Assembly (NCBI GenBank): GCA_038087875.1
Contig: CM075988.1
Location: 22,322,001 to 22,386,000 of the forward strand
Length of the DNA stretch: 64,000 nucleotides
Reading direction: 5' to 3'
DNA from: Malacoraja senta
Lineage: Eukaryota
The notes beneath the pieces are model-generated. The model saw nothing but the letters and a program-made list of their open reading frames with translations, made no database searches and had not been told where the DNA came from. The position numbers and the translations under genes are program-made. Positions 46,941 through 59,869 of this stretch are shown here, piece after piece. How positions within the stretch are numbered: position 1 is the first letter of the stretch; each line of letters begins with the position of its first letter.

Positions 46941-48380
46941 GATAGACACAAAATGCTGGAGTAACTCAGCGGGCAATACAGGCAGCATCTCTGGGAGAAA
47001 AGGAATGGGTTGACGTTTTGGGTCGAGACCCTTCTCCAGACTGAGAATGGGGGGGGGGGGGGGGGGAAAGGAAACGAGAGATGAAGACAGGGATGTAGAG
47101 AGATATAGAACAAACGAATGATAAAATAAAAAAGTAACGCTGATAAAGTAAACAGGCCCTTGTTAGCTGTTTGCTAGGTGAAATGAGAGATGGTGCGACT
47201 TGGGTGGGAGGATGGAGAGAGAGGAATGCAGGGGTTACATGAAGTTAGAGGAATCAATATTCATGCCACTGGGCTGTAAGCTGCTAAGCAAAATATGAGA
47301 TGATGATCCTCCAATTTGCGTTTAGCCTCTGACAATGGAGGAGGCCTAGGACAGAAAGGTCGGTGTGGGAATGGAAAGGGAATTAAAGTGTTTGGACAAC
47401 TGGGAGATCAGGTAGGTCCAGGTGGACTGAGCGAAGGAGTTTCGAGCAAAACGATCGCCCAGTCTACGTTTGGTCTCGCCGATGTATACGAGGCCACATC
47501 TTGAACGACGGTTAAGGGCCCGTCCACTGACGCGACTTTACAGCGAGTGTCTTCGACTTCAAGCTCGAGGGCACTCGCCTGGAAAACCTCGAGCTGGATC
47601 GACCGTCAGTGATGAAACCGCGAGCTGATTGACCGACCCACACACACACACACATCGCAAAGGCGAGGCCAGGGAAAGCGGGGAGCGCTTGTCAGAAATT
47701 CACACCCACGATGAACAGGAAGATAAAAGACGCTGCACAGTGTACGTAAGTCCTTTAGAGAGTGCGGATGGGGAGGGAGGGGGAGAAGGGGATAGAAGGA
47801 GAGAGAAGCGCGGGAGAAGGAGTGGAGACACTTTTAAGAAGCCAGACAACTTATAATAAAGTTTAGCGGACATTTAATTTACCGGTCGTTTCCTTGGTCC
47901 TGAAAACTCAATGAGCCAATTAAAATGCCCGGTCAGCGAAGGAGATTGCCTACGGCATGCTCTCGACTGCCTGTAACTACATAGCGACCCACTCCACTGC
48001 ACTACGAGTTCAAAAGAACCATGCCGACCAATTTTTACTCGCGGAAAAATGTTCAACATTCTCAAAATTCGTCCTCGACCAAACTGAGGCCGCGAGTATG
48101 CGGGAACTTCCCTCAAGCATGAAGGAGAGTTCCTAGTGACCTCATAGGTCCTCCTTATGACCGCGTGTCGACCATGCTGCGAGTTTGAGTCGAGGGCAAA
48201 CTCTTCTAAAGTCGCAGATTAGGTCCCTGCAGTGGGACAGGCCCCTTTACAGACCCAAGGTGTCTTGACCCGAAACGTCACCACTCCTTCTCTCCAGAGA
48301 TGATGCCTGTCCCGCTGAGTTACTCCAGCATCTGGTGTCTATCTTTCGATTAAACAGCATCTGCAGTTCGCTTCCTACGA
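46941..48380 (-). mobile_element. Penelope-like element 3' fragment (GIY-YIG endonuclease plus terminal repeat and inverted tail), interrupted by a MITE
   Basis: Minus strand near 47430-47510 reads RSRCGLVYIGETKRRLGDRFA. Terminal repeat at 46941-47043, inverted copy at about 48255-48380. Confidence 0.75.
47515..48246. mobile_element. MITE inserted into the PLE
   Basis: AGGGCCCGTCCACTG...CAGTGGGACAGGCCCCT; flanks TTA/TTA. Confidence 0.75.
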
Positions 48381-48590
48381 CAGTCTTTGTCTGCTGTACC
48401 TCGGTACAAGTGACGACTGAAACTGGACTAGAAAACTGGAAGGCAGGAACTTAACTCTTGTGACGCTCTTTCCCGGGAATCAGCGAGCGCCCCTCTCCCC
48501 CGGATAATTTGATCTTTGGACCCCTCTCTCCAGCTGGGCATGAGGGGGTGCCGACCATCTCCCCGTTTCCAGACAGGATTCTCTCTGCAG

Positions 48591-48712
48591 CTCAAACTTG
48601 AACTCGAACTAGAAATCTATCTCGAACTCGAACTCTATCTCGAACACGAATTCGAACTCGAACTATATCGCGAACTCGAACTCTATCTGGAACTCGAACT
48701 ATATCTCGAACT
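48591..48712 (+). repeat. Degenerate (CTCGAA)n / 18-bp CTCGAACTCGAACTCTAT minisatellite
   Basis: Read directly. Confidence 0.85.
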
Positions 48713-50319
48713 GACCCCATCACATCCTCGGGGAGAAGCGGTTGAACCCCAGTGCATCAGCGGATGTACAGAGAACAAAATCAATAGCTACGAAAGTTTA
48801 AAAAAACGCCACAGCTGCCACTTGCATGTTTTTTAAAACAAGTTAAATCCTCCCTCACTCTCAAAACCCAAATGCCTGCTGACTTTATCGTTGCAAATAA
48901 TATGCCTTTTTCCCCACGATTTTCTCTACTTTGTCAAACCAAATGCCTGCTATTGTTGCAAAGAATATTTATTTTTGATGAATTTCTCTACAAATCAGTT
49001 GTAATTTTTTTTAAACCTCACACTATGGGTAGTCACACCTGGGAGTCTGAGAAGCAGAAAAAACGCCAATGACAAGGAGTTGGTCACAAAGTGCTGAGTA
49101 ACTCAAAGGGTCAGACAGCATCCCTGGAGAATGTTTTGGATCGGGACCCTTCTTCAGACTGATTGGTGGGGGGAGAGAAAAAAGCTGGAGAGAGGAGAGC
49201 AGGACAGTTAATAGGTGGACACAGACGAGGGGTTCTTGATAGGCAGATGGTTGGAACGAACGTAGACCAGAGATAAAAGCGGAAGGTGTGAGGCAGGGTT
49301 GAAGGGTTGTGAATTGTGACGCTAGAGGAAGATCATAAATTCTAGGAGCAGAATTAGGGCATTCGGCCCATCAAGTCTATTCTGCCATTCAATCATGGCT
49401 GATCTATCTTCCTCTCAACCCCATTCTCCTGCCTTCTCCCCATAACCCCTGACACCTGTACTAATCAAGAATCTATCGATCTCCGCCTTAAAAATACCCA
49501 TGACTTGGCCTCCACAGCCATCTGTGCAATTCATTCCACCACCCTCTGACTAAAGAAATTTCCTCCTCATCTCCAAAAGTTGGAGAATTCTTGCTTCTCA
49601 CATACACAAGAAATGTCCCTCGATCCAGGTCATGGTGTGAATTTCCCTCTCAGCATTTTCTGTACAGAGGAAATGCCATGTCTTTCAACTGAAAGGAGGT
49701 GAGGAGGAACCTCTTTAGACAGGGCGCAGTTAATCTGTGGAACTCATTGCCACAGAGGGCTGTGGAGGCCAAATCAGTGGATATGTTTAAGGCAGAGACA
49801 GACGAATTCTTGATTAGAACGGGTGTCAAGGGTTATGGGGAGAAGGCAGGAAAATGGGATTAGGAGGCAGAGATCAGCCATGATTGAATGGCGGAGTAGA
49901 CTCGATGGGCCGAATGGCCTAATTCTATTCCTATAACTTGTGAACATGTTATCAGTCACCAACTTCTGGAAAAAGATGAATAATTTATGCAGAGTAACAC
50001 AGCAATATATTAAGCACCAACTGTTGTATTTGTTTTAAAAAAAACCTGAATGCCTGATGAACCCAGCGGCTCAGGAAGCAACGATGGAAAGAGAGAAGGT
50101 TCATGTTTCAGGTTGAAATAATAACTGTCTTTTGTTCTGAAATGTTCACTGTTTCTCATTCCACAGAGGCTGCCTGACCAGATCTATAGTTATAGATCTC
50201 TACAGCACAGAAACAGGCCCTTTGGCCCACCTTGTCAATGCTGACCCAGTTGGCATATCAGGCTAGTCCCATTTGCCTACATCTGGCTCATAGCCCTTTC
50301 AAACCGTCTTAGCCATCGC

Positions 50320-50866
50320 AGGTGATAGACTTCTGACCGACATCCACTATAAACCCACCTGACTCCCACAGCTATCTTGACTACTCTTCCTCCCATCCTG
50401 CTTCCTGTAAGGACCATCCCCTATTCCCAATTCCTCCGTCTATGCCGCATCTGCTCCCAGGATGAGGCGTTCCACACCAGGGCATCACAAATGTCCTCAT
50501 TCTTCAGGGAACGGGGGTTCCCCACCCCCACTATAGATGAGGCTCGCACCAGGGTCTCCTCCATACCCCGTAACACTGCTCTCTCTCCCATTCCCCCCAC
50601 TCGCAACAAGGGCAGAGTCCCCCTGGTCCTCACCTTTCACCCACCAGCCGGCACATACAATAGTCCTCCGCCAGTTTCGCCACCTCCAACGTGACCCCAC
50701 CACTCGCCACATCTTCCCATCTCCCCCACGTCTGCCTTCTGCAAAGACCGCTCCCTCCGTAACTCCCTTGTCAATTCTTCCCTTCCCTCCCGCTCCACCC
50801 CTCCCCCGGGCACTCCATAGATGCTGCTGCACCCCTGCTGAGTTTCTCCAGCATTTTTGTGTACCT
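50320..50866 (+). mobile_element. Penelope-like element RT C-terminal fragment
   Basis: TDIHYKPT...IPYSQFLRLCRICSQDEAFHTRASQMSSFFRERGFP...RVPLVLTFHP with frameshifts, ending in the shared terminal repeat. Confidence 0.8.
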
Positions 50867-53800
50867 TAGCCATATATCTGTTCAAATGTCTTTTAAAAGT
50901 CATAATTGCTTCCACTTCTGCATTTTTGACGACAGGAAAGTATTTACGTCTGCCGGGTGTTTCTGTGCAAGAATACAAGAAATGGAAGTCAACAAATGAC
51001 TTGCATCTGCAGTGCTCGCTCTTATCAGTGAAACTGTGCAGGAAGCTTTGCATACGGCAGATTAGCTTACAAGTAACGAGACAGGAAACATGTGTAGGGC
51101 CTAACATTGAAATCGTGCATTCAATCAATAACCTAAAATATATTTGATTAAATTGATCGAGGTCAAAAGTTTATCGGTGGTAATTGATGGTTGCGATTTT
51201 GTAATCTTGGTCCCAGAAAAACAGAAGGTTGATGTTTGGTGTCCTGGTACGGTGCTTGTACAGCCTGGTCGATGGTAGACTCAGGTGGCTGCTTTTCATA
51301 AGTTTATAAGTCATTGGAGCAGAATTCAAACCACCACTAGACGTGTGGGAAAAGCTGGTAAAAAAAATATTTCACTGGAGTCCTCGAAGATTGCAAAGAA
51401 TGGATATCCACATATTTGTGCTGCTCTTACAATACATATTTTTACCTTTTTACAGTAAGCTGATACTTTTGGTACGAAGTAAAGATCAGACACACTGCAT
51501 CAATTTTGCCGGAATAATCTTTATTGCATTTAGTCTCTGTCACAGTATTGTGGCTCGTACCGTATAATCTGGTGGCATCGACACAGAAACAAAGGGGGAA
51601 AGCATTGTTCCTTTCTGATACCCAATGTTCAAAATTAACATTTTTAAAGAGCTTGCAGCAAAATACTTTTCTTTATCGTAATATCCTGCTGCACCCCAGG
51701 TACATGCAAGGACAAATCATAGATCATAAATGATAATTCATTGTGATGTATAGGAGAATAAAGTCACAATACTTTAAAATATATATAAACACCAATCTTT
51801 TCTATTTCTCACCTTTTATGTGTTTATTTGCCAATTCTTTTATTAGAAATAAAAACCAGCACAGAATTTAACCACCATTAACACCCCACACCCCCCCCTC
51901 CCCTCAGGCCATGATAAGAAAAAAAATCAATGATAACCTGATAATTTTCTTTACATGTAAAGTTGGCCGTGCATCAAATGGTAGCTGATGGAACAGCGGT
52001 TACCTCATTGTTTACCTCTCCAACCTGCGTGCCTCGGCTGTGAACAACGTTGTTGGCTGTTACGAAGCCTGAGTAGTAGTCTTCCTACAGTAGCTGCTGA
52101 TGATGTCAAGAAACATAGAAAATTGGTCCATTCAGCCCAGCACCGCCATTCAATATGATCATGGCTGATCATCCAAAATCAGTACCCCCGTTCCTGCTTT
52201 CTCCCCATATCCCTTGATTCCGTTAGCCCTAAGTGCTGTGTCTAACTCTCTCTTGAACACCCTCTCCTAGCTGAAAGTGGGGCACTGTTAGTGTCTACCA
52301 GTGGACTGCCAATGGCCCTGGTCATCCCTGCCCCTTGAAGGCCAAATAATGACTCATCGCACTGCCACACCATTACGTGTTTCAGGCGTGCCACTGCTTA
52401 ATATATTTAGGACTGAGACAACATGACACCAGACCACATCCCAAACCTTTTAGGCTATTAAATAGATATATTCCTTAACTTCACATTACTCCGTAACCTC
52501 AGAGTAGTACCCATGTTAAGTTTTAGATATCCATCTGTACACTGTTAGTTTAATGGCCCACAACAAATTGCACAGTATTCGATGGGGCAGGACCCTTAAG
52601 GATATCACAGTACCGGTAATTCTTTTTCACTGTTTAATTGTTCCCTGTTTGTCAATTTTCAATTTTAGTGCATTTACAGTGTAACTCGACGTTATCAGGC
52701 AACATGAACACTCAGGTGAAGCAACAGCTGTTCAGCCTATGTGTTTGGAGCATGCTTTGGGACACAGTGCAGAGGGTGGGGTGAATGAAGCGCAGTGATT
52801 GCAAGAGGAAAACCCCATCATAATCCCCCAGCGTCAAACACCATATATCACACAGAAGGTAGACACAAAATGCTGGAGTAACTCAGCGGGAGAGGCAGCA
52901 TCTCTGGAGAGAAGGAATGAGTGACAATAGACAATAGGTGCAGGAGTAGGCCATTCGGCCAGCACCGCCATTCAATGTGATCATGGCTGATCATCCCCAA
53001 TCAGTACCCCATTCCTGCCTTCTCCCCCATATCGCCTGACTCCGCTATTTTTAAGAGCCCTATCTAGTTCTCTCTTGAAAGCATCCAGAGAATCTGCCTC
53101 CACCGCCCTCTGAGGCAGAGAATTCCACAGGCTCACCACTCTCTGTGCGAAAAAGTGTTTCCTCGTCTCCATTCTAAATGGCTTACCCCTTATTCTTAAA
53201 CTGTGGCCCCTGGTTCTGGACTCCCCCAACATCGGGAACATGTTTCCTGCCTCTAGTGTGTCCAAACCCTTAACAATCTTATATGTCTCAATTAGGTTGC
53301 GGGTCTGGACCTTTCTCCAGACTGAGGTGAGAGGGAGACATAGAGATATGGAAGGGTAAGGTGTGAAAACGAGACATCAAAGGGGATGGAGATTCAAGGA
53401 AAATGATGGCTGTCCCGCTGAGATACCAGCATTTTGTGTCTATCTTCGGTATCTGCAGTTAAGTTCCTACACCCTACATCACACTCTCAGGTGGAACACC
53501 AAAGATTCATGCCTCCAAACTTTCCCCACCAAAAAGGTAGAATATAAATAGTGCAAATCATATTCAACATTTCTGCTCAAGTCCCCCTCTGAACCTCCAT
53601 CTTCTCAAGTAATATCTCTTGTTTGACACCTTGAGAAAAAGAGTCTGTGTACCATATCTATCCCCCTAATCATTTTATTTATTTCTATCAGGTCACCCCT
53701 CATCTTCTTCCACCCAAGGAAAAACAATCTAGTCTGAAGAAGGGTCCCGAGCTCGAACATCACCTATCCATGTCTTCCAGAGATCTCCTCAAGGTTTGAA

Positions 53801-54907
53801 GAAGTTCTCCTCCCCTCTCCGGTGGGAGTTCTTCAACACCCTCTCCTCAGTCTGAAGAAGGGTCTGGACCTGAAACCTATCCACGTCTTCCAGAGATGCT
53901 GCCTTTGTGTTCTGTACAAGATTCCAGCATCTCCAGTTCCTTGCAACCCCAGCCTTTGCAATCTCACCTTACCGTTGAAAAGATCTAATCCAGGCAACGT
54001 CCTGGAGAATTTCCTCTGCATCGTCACCAGCACAATTACATCCTTCCTTTAGTATAGTGTCCGGAGTTTCACACAATACTCCAGGTGTGACCTGACCATT
54101 TTATTAAAAGAAGATAGACACAAAAAGCTGGAGTAATTCAGCGGGACAGGCAGCATCTCTGGAGAGAAGGAAAGAATGGGTGACGTTTCGGGTCGAGACC
54201 CTTCTTCAGACTCTCCAACATTTTATTAAGTTGTAAAATGTATATTAGAGCACATAACAGCAATAAACCAATACCAATTATCTTACTGTCCGAAGAAGGG
54301 TTTCGGCCCGAAACGTTGCCTATTTCTTTCGCTCCATAGATGCTGCCTCACCCGCTGAGTTTCTCCAGCATTTTTGTCTACCTTCAATTTTCCAGCATCT
54401 GCAGTTCCTTCTTAACCAATTATCTTCAAACAGTCTGTGTCATGGTTTATGAAGGCAAGCATCTTGACTAGCCTATATCTACCTGTGCTGCCAGTGTCAG
54501 TGATGTATGGATCTGTACCTCAAGGTCCCTCTGTTCAATAACACCTCCGAGGGCCCTACCATTTACTGATTGTGCCCTATCCTCATTTGACCTTCTTGAA
54601 GTACCCTTTGAACTTCACGTTTGTGGTCTTTCTCCGTTTAGTTAAAAGTCCTTTTGATTTGTCTTATGGCCTCTCACATCCTTGCACGAAACTCCATTTG
54701 CCAGGTGTTTGCCCAGCTATTCAATTTGTCTATACCTTGATGTAGAATCACGATGTCCTCATCATAACATGCCCTTCCACATTGTTGTTGTATCATTAGT
54801 AAACCATCTCATCTGCTTGTACATGATCCACATCCCTGTCCATGTGCCTATCTAAAAGCCTCTTGAACGTCACTAACGTATCTGCCTCCACCACCACCCC
54901 TGGCAGT

Positions 54908-55420
54908 ACATAGAAACATAGAAAATAGGTGCAGGAGTAGGCCATTCGGCCCTTCGAGCCTGCACCACCATTCAATATGATCATGGGTGATCATCCAACT
55001 CAGTATCCCGTACCTGCCTTCTCTCCATACCCTCTGATCCCTTTAGCCACAAGGGCCACATCTAACTCCCTCTTAAATATAGCCAATGAACTGGCCTCAA
55101 CTACCCTCTGTGGCAGAGAATTCCACAGATTCACCACTCTCTGTGTGAAAAAAAAAATTCTCATCTCGGTCCTAAAAGACTTCCCCCTTATCCTTAAACT
55201 GTGACCCCTTGTTCTGGACTTACCCAACATCGGGAACAATCTTCCTGCATTTAGCCTGTCCAACCCCTTAAGAATTTTGTAAGTTTCTATAAGATCCCCC
55301 CTCAATCTTCTAAATTCTAGCGAGTACAAACCGAGTCTATCCAGTCTTTCTTCATATGAAAGTCCTGACATCCCATGAATCAGTCTGGTGAACCTTCTCT
55401 GTACTCCCTCTATGGCAAGT
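54908..55420 (-). mobile_element. CR1/HER1-like LINE 3' fragment
   Basis: LAIEGVQRRFTRLIHGMSGLSYEERLDRLGLYSLEFRRLRGDLIETYKILKG. Confidence 0.88.
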
Positions 55421-58400
55421 ACGTTCCATGCCCCCAACACTCTCTGTGTAAATAACTTGCCTCATATGTTTCCATTAAACTTCACCCCTCTCACCTTACA
55501 GCTATGCCCCCTAGCGTTGGACAGTTTCCCTCTGGGCATAAGGTCCTAACTGTCTACCGCATTGATGCCTCTCAATGTTAGATACGTCTATCATCTCCAC
55601 TCAACCTCTGACCTTCCAGAGAAAACAATCCAAGTCTGTTCAACCTCTCCCTGTAGCTGAAACCCTCTAATCCAGGCAGCGTTCTGGCAAACCTCCTCTG
55701 CACCCTCTCCAAAGTCTCCACATCTTTGCTTCCTTACAGCACCAGAGACCCGGGTTCGATCCTGATTATGGGTGTTGCCTGTTGGGTGTTTGTACGATCT
55801 CCCCGTGACCATGTGGGTTTTCTCCGGGTACCCCGGTTTCCTCCCACACCTCAACGATGTACAGGCTAATTGGCTTCTGTAAAGTGTAAATTGTCCACAG
55901 TGTGTTGGATAGCGCTAGTGTACGGGGTGATCGCTGGTCGGCCTGGACTCGGTGGGCCAAATGGTCTGTATCCGCACTATACAACACGTCACCAACCCGG
56001 CCATCCGATCAAAGTCTAATTAGTTTGTATTAGATTTCCACACTTTAAATGTGAAGAAATGTTGATGCGGCACGGTGGCACAGCACTGGAGTTGCTGCCT
56101 CACAGCACCAGAGACCCGGGTTCGATCCTGACTATGGGTGCTGTCTATACGGAGTGTGTATGTTCTCCCTGTGACCGCGTGGGTTTGCTCCAGGTGTTTT
56201 GGTTTCCTCCCATACTCCAAAGACGTACCGGTTTGTAGGCTAATTGGGTTGGTATCATTGTAAATTGTCCTTAGTGTGTGTAGGATAGTGTTAGTGTGCA
56301 GGGATGGCTGGTCGGCACGGACTCGGTGGGTGGAAGGGCCTGTTTCCGCGCTGTAACTCTAAATTAAACTAACTGTGCGGAAGCCAAGGCTTGTTCAATG
56401 CAACCTCCCCAACCCAGGTCTTCAGGTGACCTATTACAGGAACCTGAGGGGCATCTTTTTCACACAATGGGTGGTGGGTGTATGGAACGGGTTGCCGGAG
56501 GAGGTAGTTGTCACAGGTACTATTGCAACATTGAAGAAACATTTAGACAGGTTCATGGATAGGGTAGGTTTGGAGGGAATGTTCAAGAAGGAACTGCAGA
56601 TGCTGGAAAATCGAAGGTAGACAAAAGTGCTGGAGGAACTCAGCGGGTGCGGCAGCACCTATGGAGCGAAGGAAATAGGCAACGTTTCGGGCCGAAACCC
56701 TTCTTCAGACTTTTGTCTACCGTAGGTTGAGATGGATATGGGCCAAAACCAGGCAGGTAGGACTAGTACAGTTGTGGCATGTTGGTCGACATGGGCAAGT
56801 TGGGCCGAAGGGCCTGTTCCACGGAATATGACTCGATGACTCTATTTGCCCATAGCCCTCTAAACATTTCCATGTACCTGTGTAAATGTCTTTTCAATGT
56901 TGTTATTATGCAAGGATTTGCAAGGTCGGTATTGCGACTTATATTCAGTTCAACAAAGACCATCCTTTTATCCCTTCACCTCAACGTTCCTTCCTCTGCT
57001 TGTTTACCCTTTTCTGGAGAGTGCACTGGTTGACACATTTACTTCTGTGCAGCATTTTATTATATTAAAGATCAAAGGTTCAACAATTCTGCTAAACCTG
57101 TGGGCAATGGAATTTTACACGAAAATGTTAATCAGTGCATTCTTAAAAGACAATTAAATTCATGATGACCAATGGTTTACATTCAATCATGTCAATGGAT
57201 TGATTACACAAATTGAAAATTTAAACCCCATTAACAAACCCTCCACCTTGGGTCGCTGTCTCTGTAGAACAAAAGGCAGCAATTTAACTGATCCGAACGT
57301 CGCAAGTTCGTTCACAATTCGGTTTCACAAAAAAAAAAATCACAAAAGCAACCCTGAGTTTAGCACGACAATTCCAGTTTCCAAGAAGTTAGTGATTTAA
57401 AGAATAAAGTTTAACGTGGCCTGTACTCCCTGCTCCTTTCATAGGGTCCCAGCTGTTACAGAAATCTGGATGTAAGTGCTATTTCCATCACTCACCGATA
57501 TACCAAAAATAAGTAAATCCAGTCTGGATTAACCTCTGTTGAGCTACGGAGATGGAGACAGCCAGTGTTTGTCAGCACAAAGCATTCACAAAGCTCAATA
57601 ACTGTGGGGAGATTTTCAATGTAGAAAACTGATTCCGTAATGTCTAGAAATAAGATAAGCCAACAATTTCAATGTATCATTACATGATTGAAGTAACTTC
57701 TCCCTGGGCTGACTCTCAATCCCACAGCCAGCCTGTCAGAAGTTTACATGGTGAAGCTGAATCGAGAGAACAAACCTCCCCTGCTCCCTCCACCCTTTGC
57801 TGCAGCCGTCCTTTGAATTGAGTTCTACACTGCACGGTCTACGTCGATCACTGGCCTTCAGAATTCAATCACTTGCTCCAGCCACCTGTGGCGCGTTTCC
57901 AGTGACATAACAGCAGGCTGTACAGATGTTTCCTTGACGTTCGTCAGGGGCTCAATTGTCTCAAAGCTGGATCGGAAACCCCGCAAGGGACACTGCGTTG
58001 GACAATGGTGCTCTTTTACAGAGGTAGAGTTACTGTCTGAGCAGTTGAAATGCTGGCCATGACAGAACTAACAAAACTCTCAGCATGACTAAACAGAGAT
58101 GACAATGCTGCTGTCAAACCTCACTACCCCCCCCCCCCCCTGAGTTTGTGTTCTCTCACAGTACACTCTCATTCATTAATTTAGTCTCATCCTGTGATAA
58201 AATGATTATGTTCTCTGTAAAACACCAGAGTCCAAAACAAAGGCAACAGCCAACGAGTGAAATTAATTTTCTGAAATGGGGAAGATTACGAAAGCGCTGC
58301 AAATATGAATCATTAACTCTTTAAATATTACTTTGCCCACGTGAACTGTAAATTTACCGTCACATCGAACTATTATTTGGAGGTACTCGAGCAATTTTCA

Positions 58401-59359
58401 ATGCTCTGATTCTGTTCTAGTGTGAGTTGTCTCACTTGAGGATATACAGGGAGATGAGCCGTACCAGAGTGAATCAAATAACCAAATGTCTCCCAGGAAT
58501 TATTGCACTGCCTGAATATTAGGAGTATCTCTCAGTACCACTCCGTTTGGATGAAAAAGGCAAAAGCAATTGGATTAGGGTCCGTTTAACGTGGTCACCC
58601 AGTGCCCTCTGACCGACCCCAGGAACAAAGGCCATTTTGTACCCAAACCATATTACAGTGCTGCCCTTCTCACTGGCATCAATGTACCGGTAAATTCATT
58701 TCAAGTACAGGCACAAAACAAGATGTTTTGGAGCCACATTTTTGCTTAAACAATTTCAAGTGATCGGTAATTGAAAACCCAGCCAGGAAGAGGCCAAAGT
58801 GAATTGGAATTCCCACGATACTAGACAGGACCTGGATCACAAAACTGCGTCGATACGGGCAGGTTCCAGACGGTAATAATCCATTTACCGTTTCTGACCG
58901 GGAGGTTGCAGGTCATCTCGTGCGTGACAAGACCGGTGACGGGCGTAGACTTTCCGACAGCTGATTGCGGTCACAATGAAGGCAGGTTTTTCAACAAAGA
59001 AAATGCTCCTCGTCTATTGTGGCACAATCTCGAGTGGAGGCTTGCAACATAGATATCTGGACAAGCTCTGTACCGCACGCAGCCCATGTGCAGCTCAGAG
59101 AGGTTGCCAGAAGTGGAAGTGAATGTGACCCGTGTCTGGCATGCCCGGGAGGGTCCCATCTCGTCCTTGGCTCATCTTCACAAACACGTTGAAACGAGCC
59201 AGCACAAGGTCCCTGTGGATCTCTTGAACAAACCAGTTTTTAAGTGATTTGCAGCTCTTCCGAAGGTGCCCAAGCTGCAGTAGTGACTGGATGTAAACAT
59301 TCTCCATTGATTACATGAATAGACAGAGAATGTTTAACCCAGGCTGGTGCTGAGGTACA

Positions 59360-59715
59360 GAGCGGGATAGGGGGAGAGAGTGGGAGAAAGGAGGGGGGAA
59401 GTGAGGAGAGGGAGAGGTGAGGAGAAGCAGGATAGAGGGGGTGAGGCAGACGAGGAGATGGGAGGAGAAGTGGAGAGGAGGAGAAAGTGGGAAGAATGGC
59501 ATAAGAGCGGTGTGGGATAGAGAAATGGAAGAGAGAAAAGAGGAGTAATGTGGGAAGGGACCGCGAGGAAGAGGGGCGAGGCAACGGGAGAGATAAAGGG
59601 AGAGAGAGATTGGGGAAGGATCAGGGGGAGAGGGAGGAGGCAGGGGCTGTGGGAGAGGGAAGGAGAGAGAGAGAGAGAGAGGGAGAGAGAGAGAAATAAA
59701 AAGATAGAAAAGAGA
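59360..59715 (+). repeat. Purine-rich (GA) low-complexity tract in the PCSK7 3' UTR region
   Basis: About 350 nt of mostly G/A, including (GA)n. Confidence 0.85.
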
Positions 59716-59869
59716 AACATTTCGTTCTCCACACTGATAGACCTGATCCACTTGGTGAGCATTGTGGTCGCCATCGTCAGGTCCAATCTGTTGGTCCTAG
59801 GGTGGATGAGTCCATGCTGTGGCCGCTGATTTCAAAGTTATCTCGAGATTTTATGTTGCTTCGTTTTCA

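Noticed and set aside
59240..59829. Several Ser/Pro/Leu- or Arg/Glu-rich ORFs
   Set aside because: Artefacts of a GA/TC low-complexity tract lacking stop codons.
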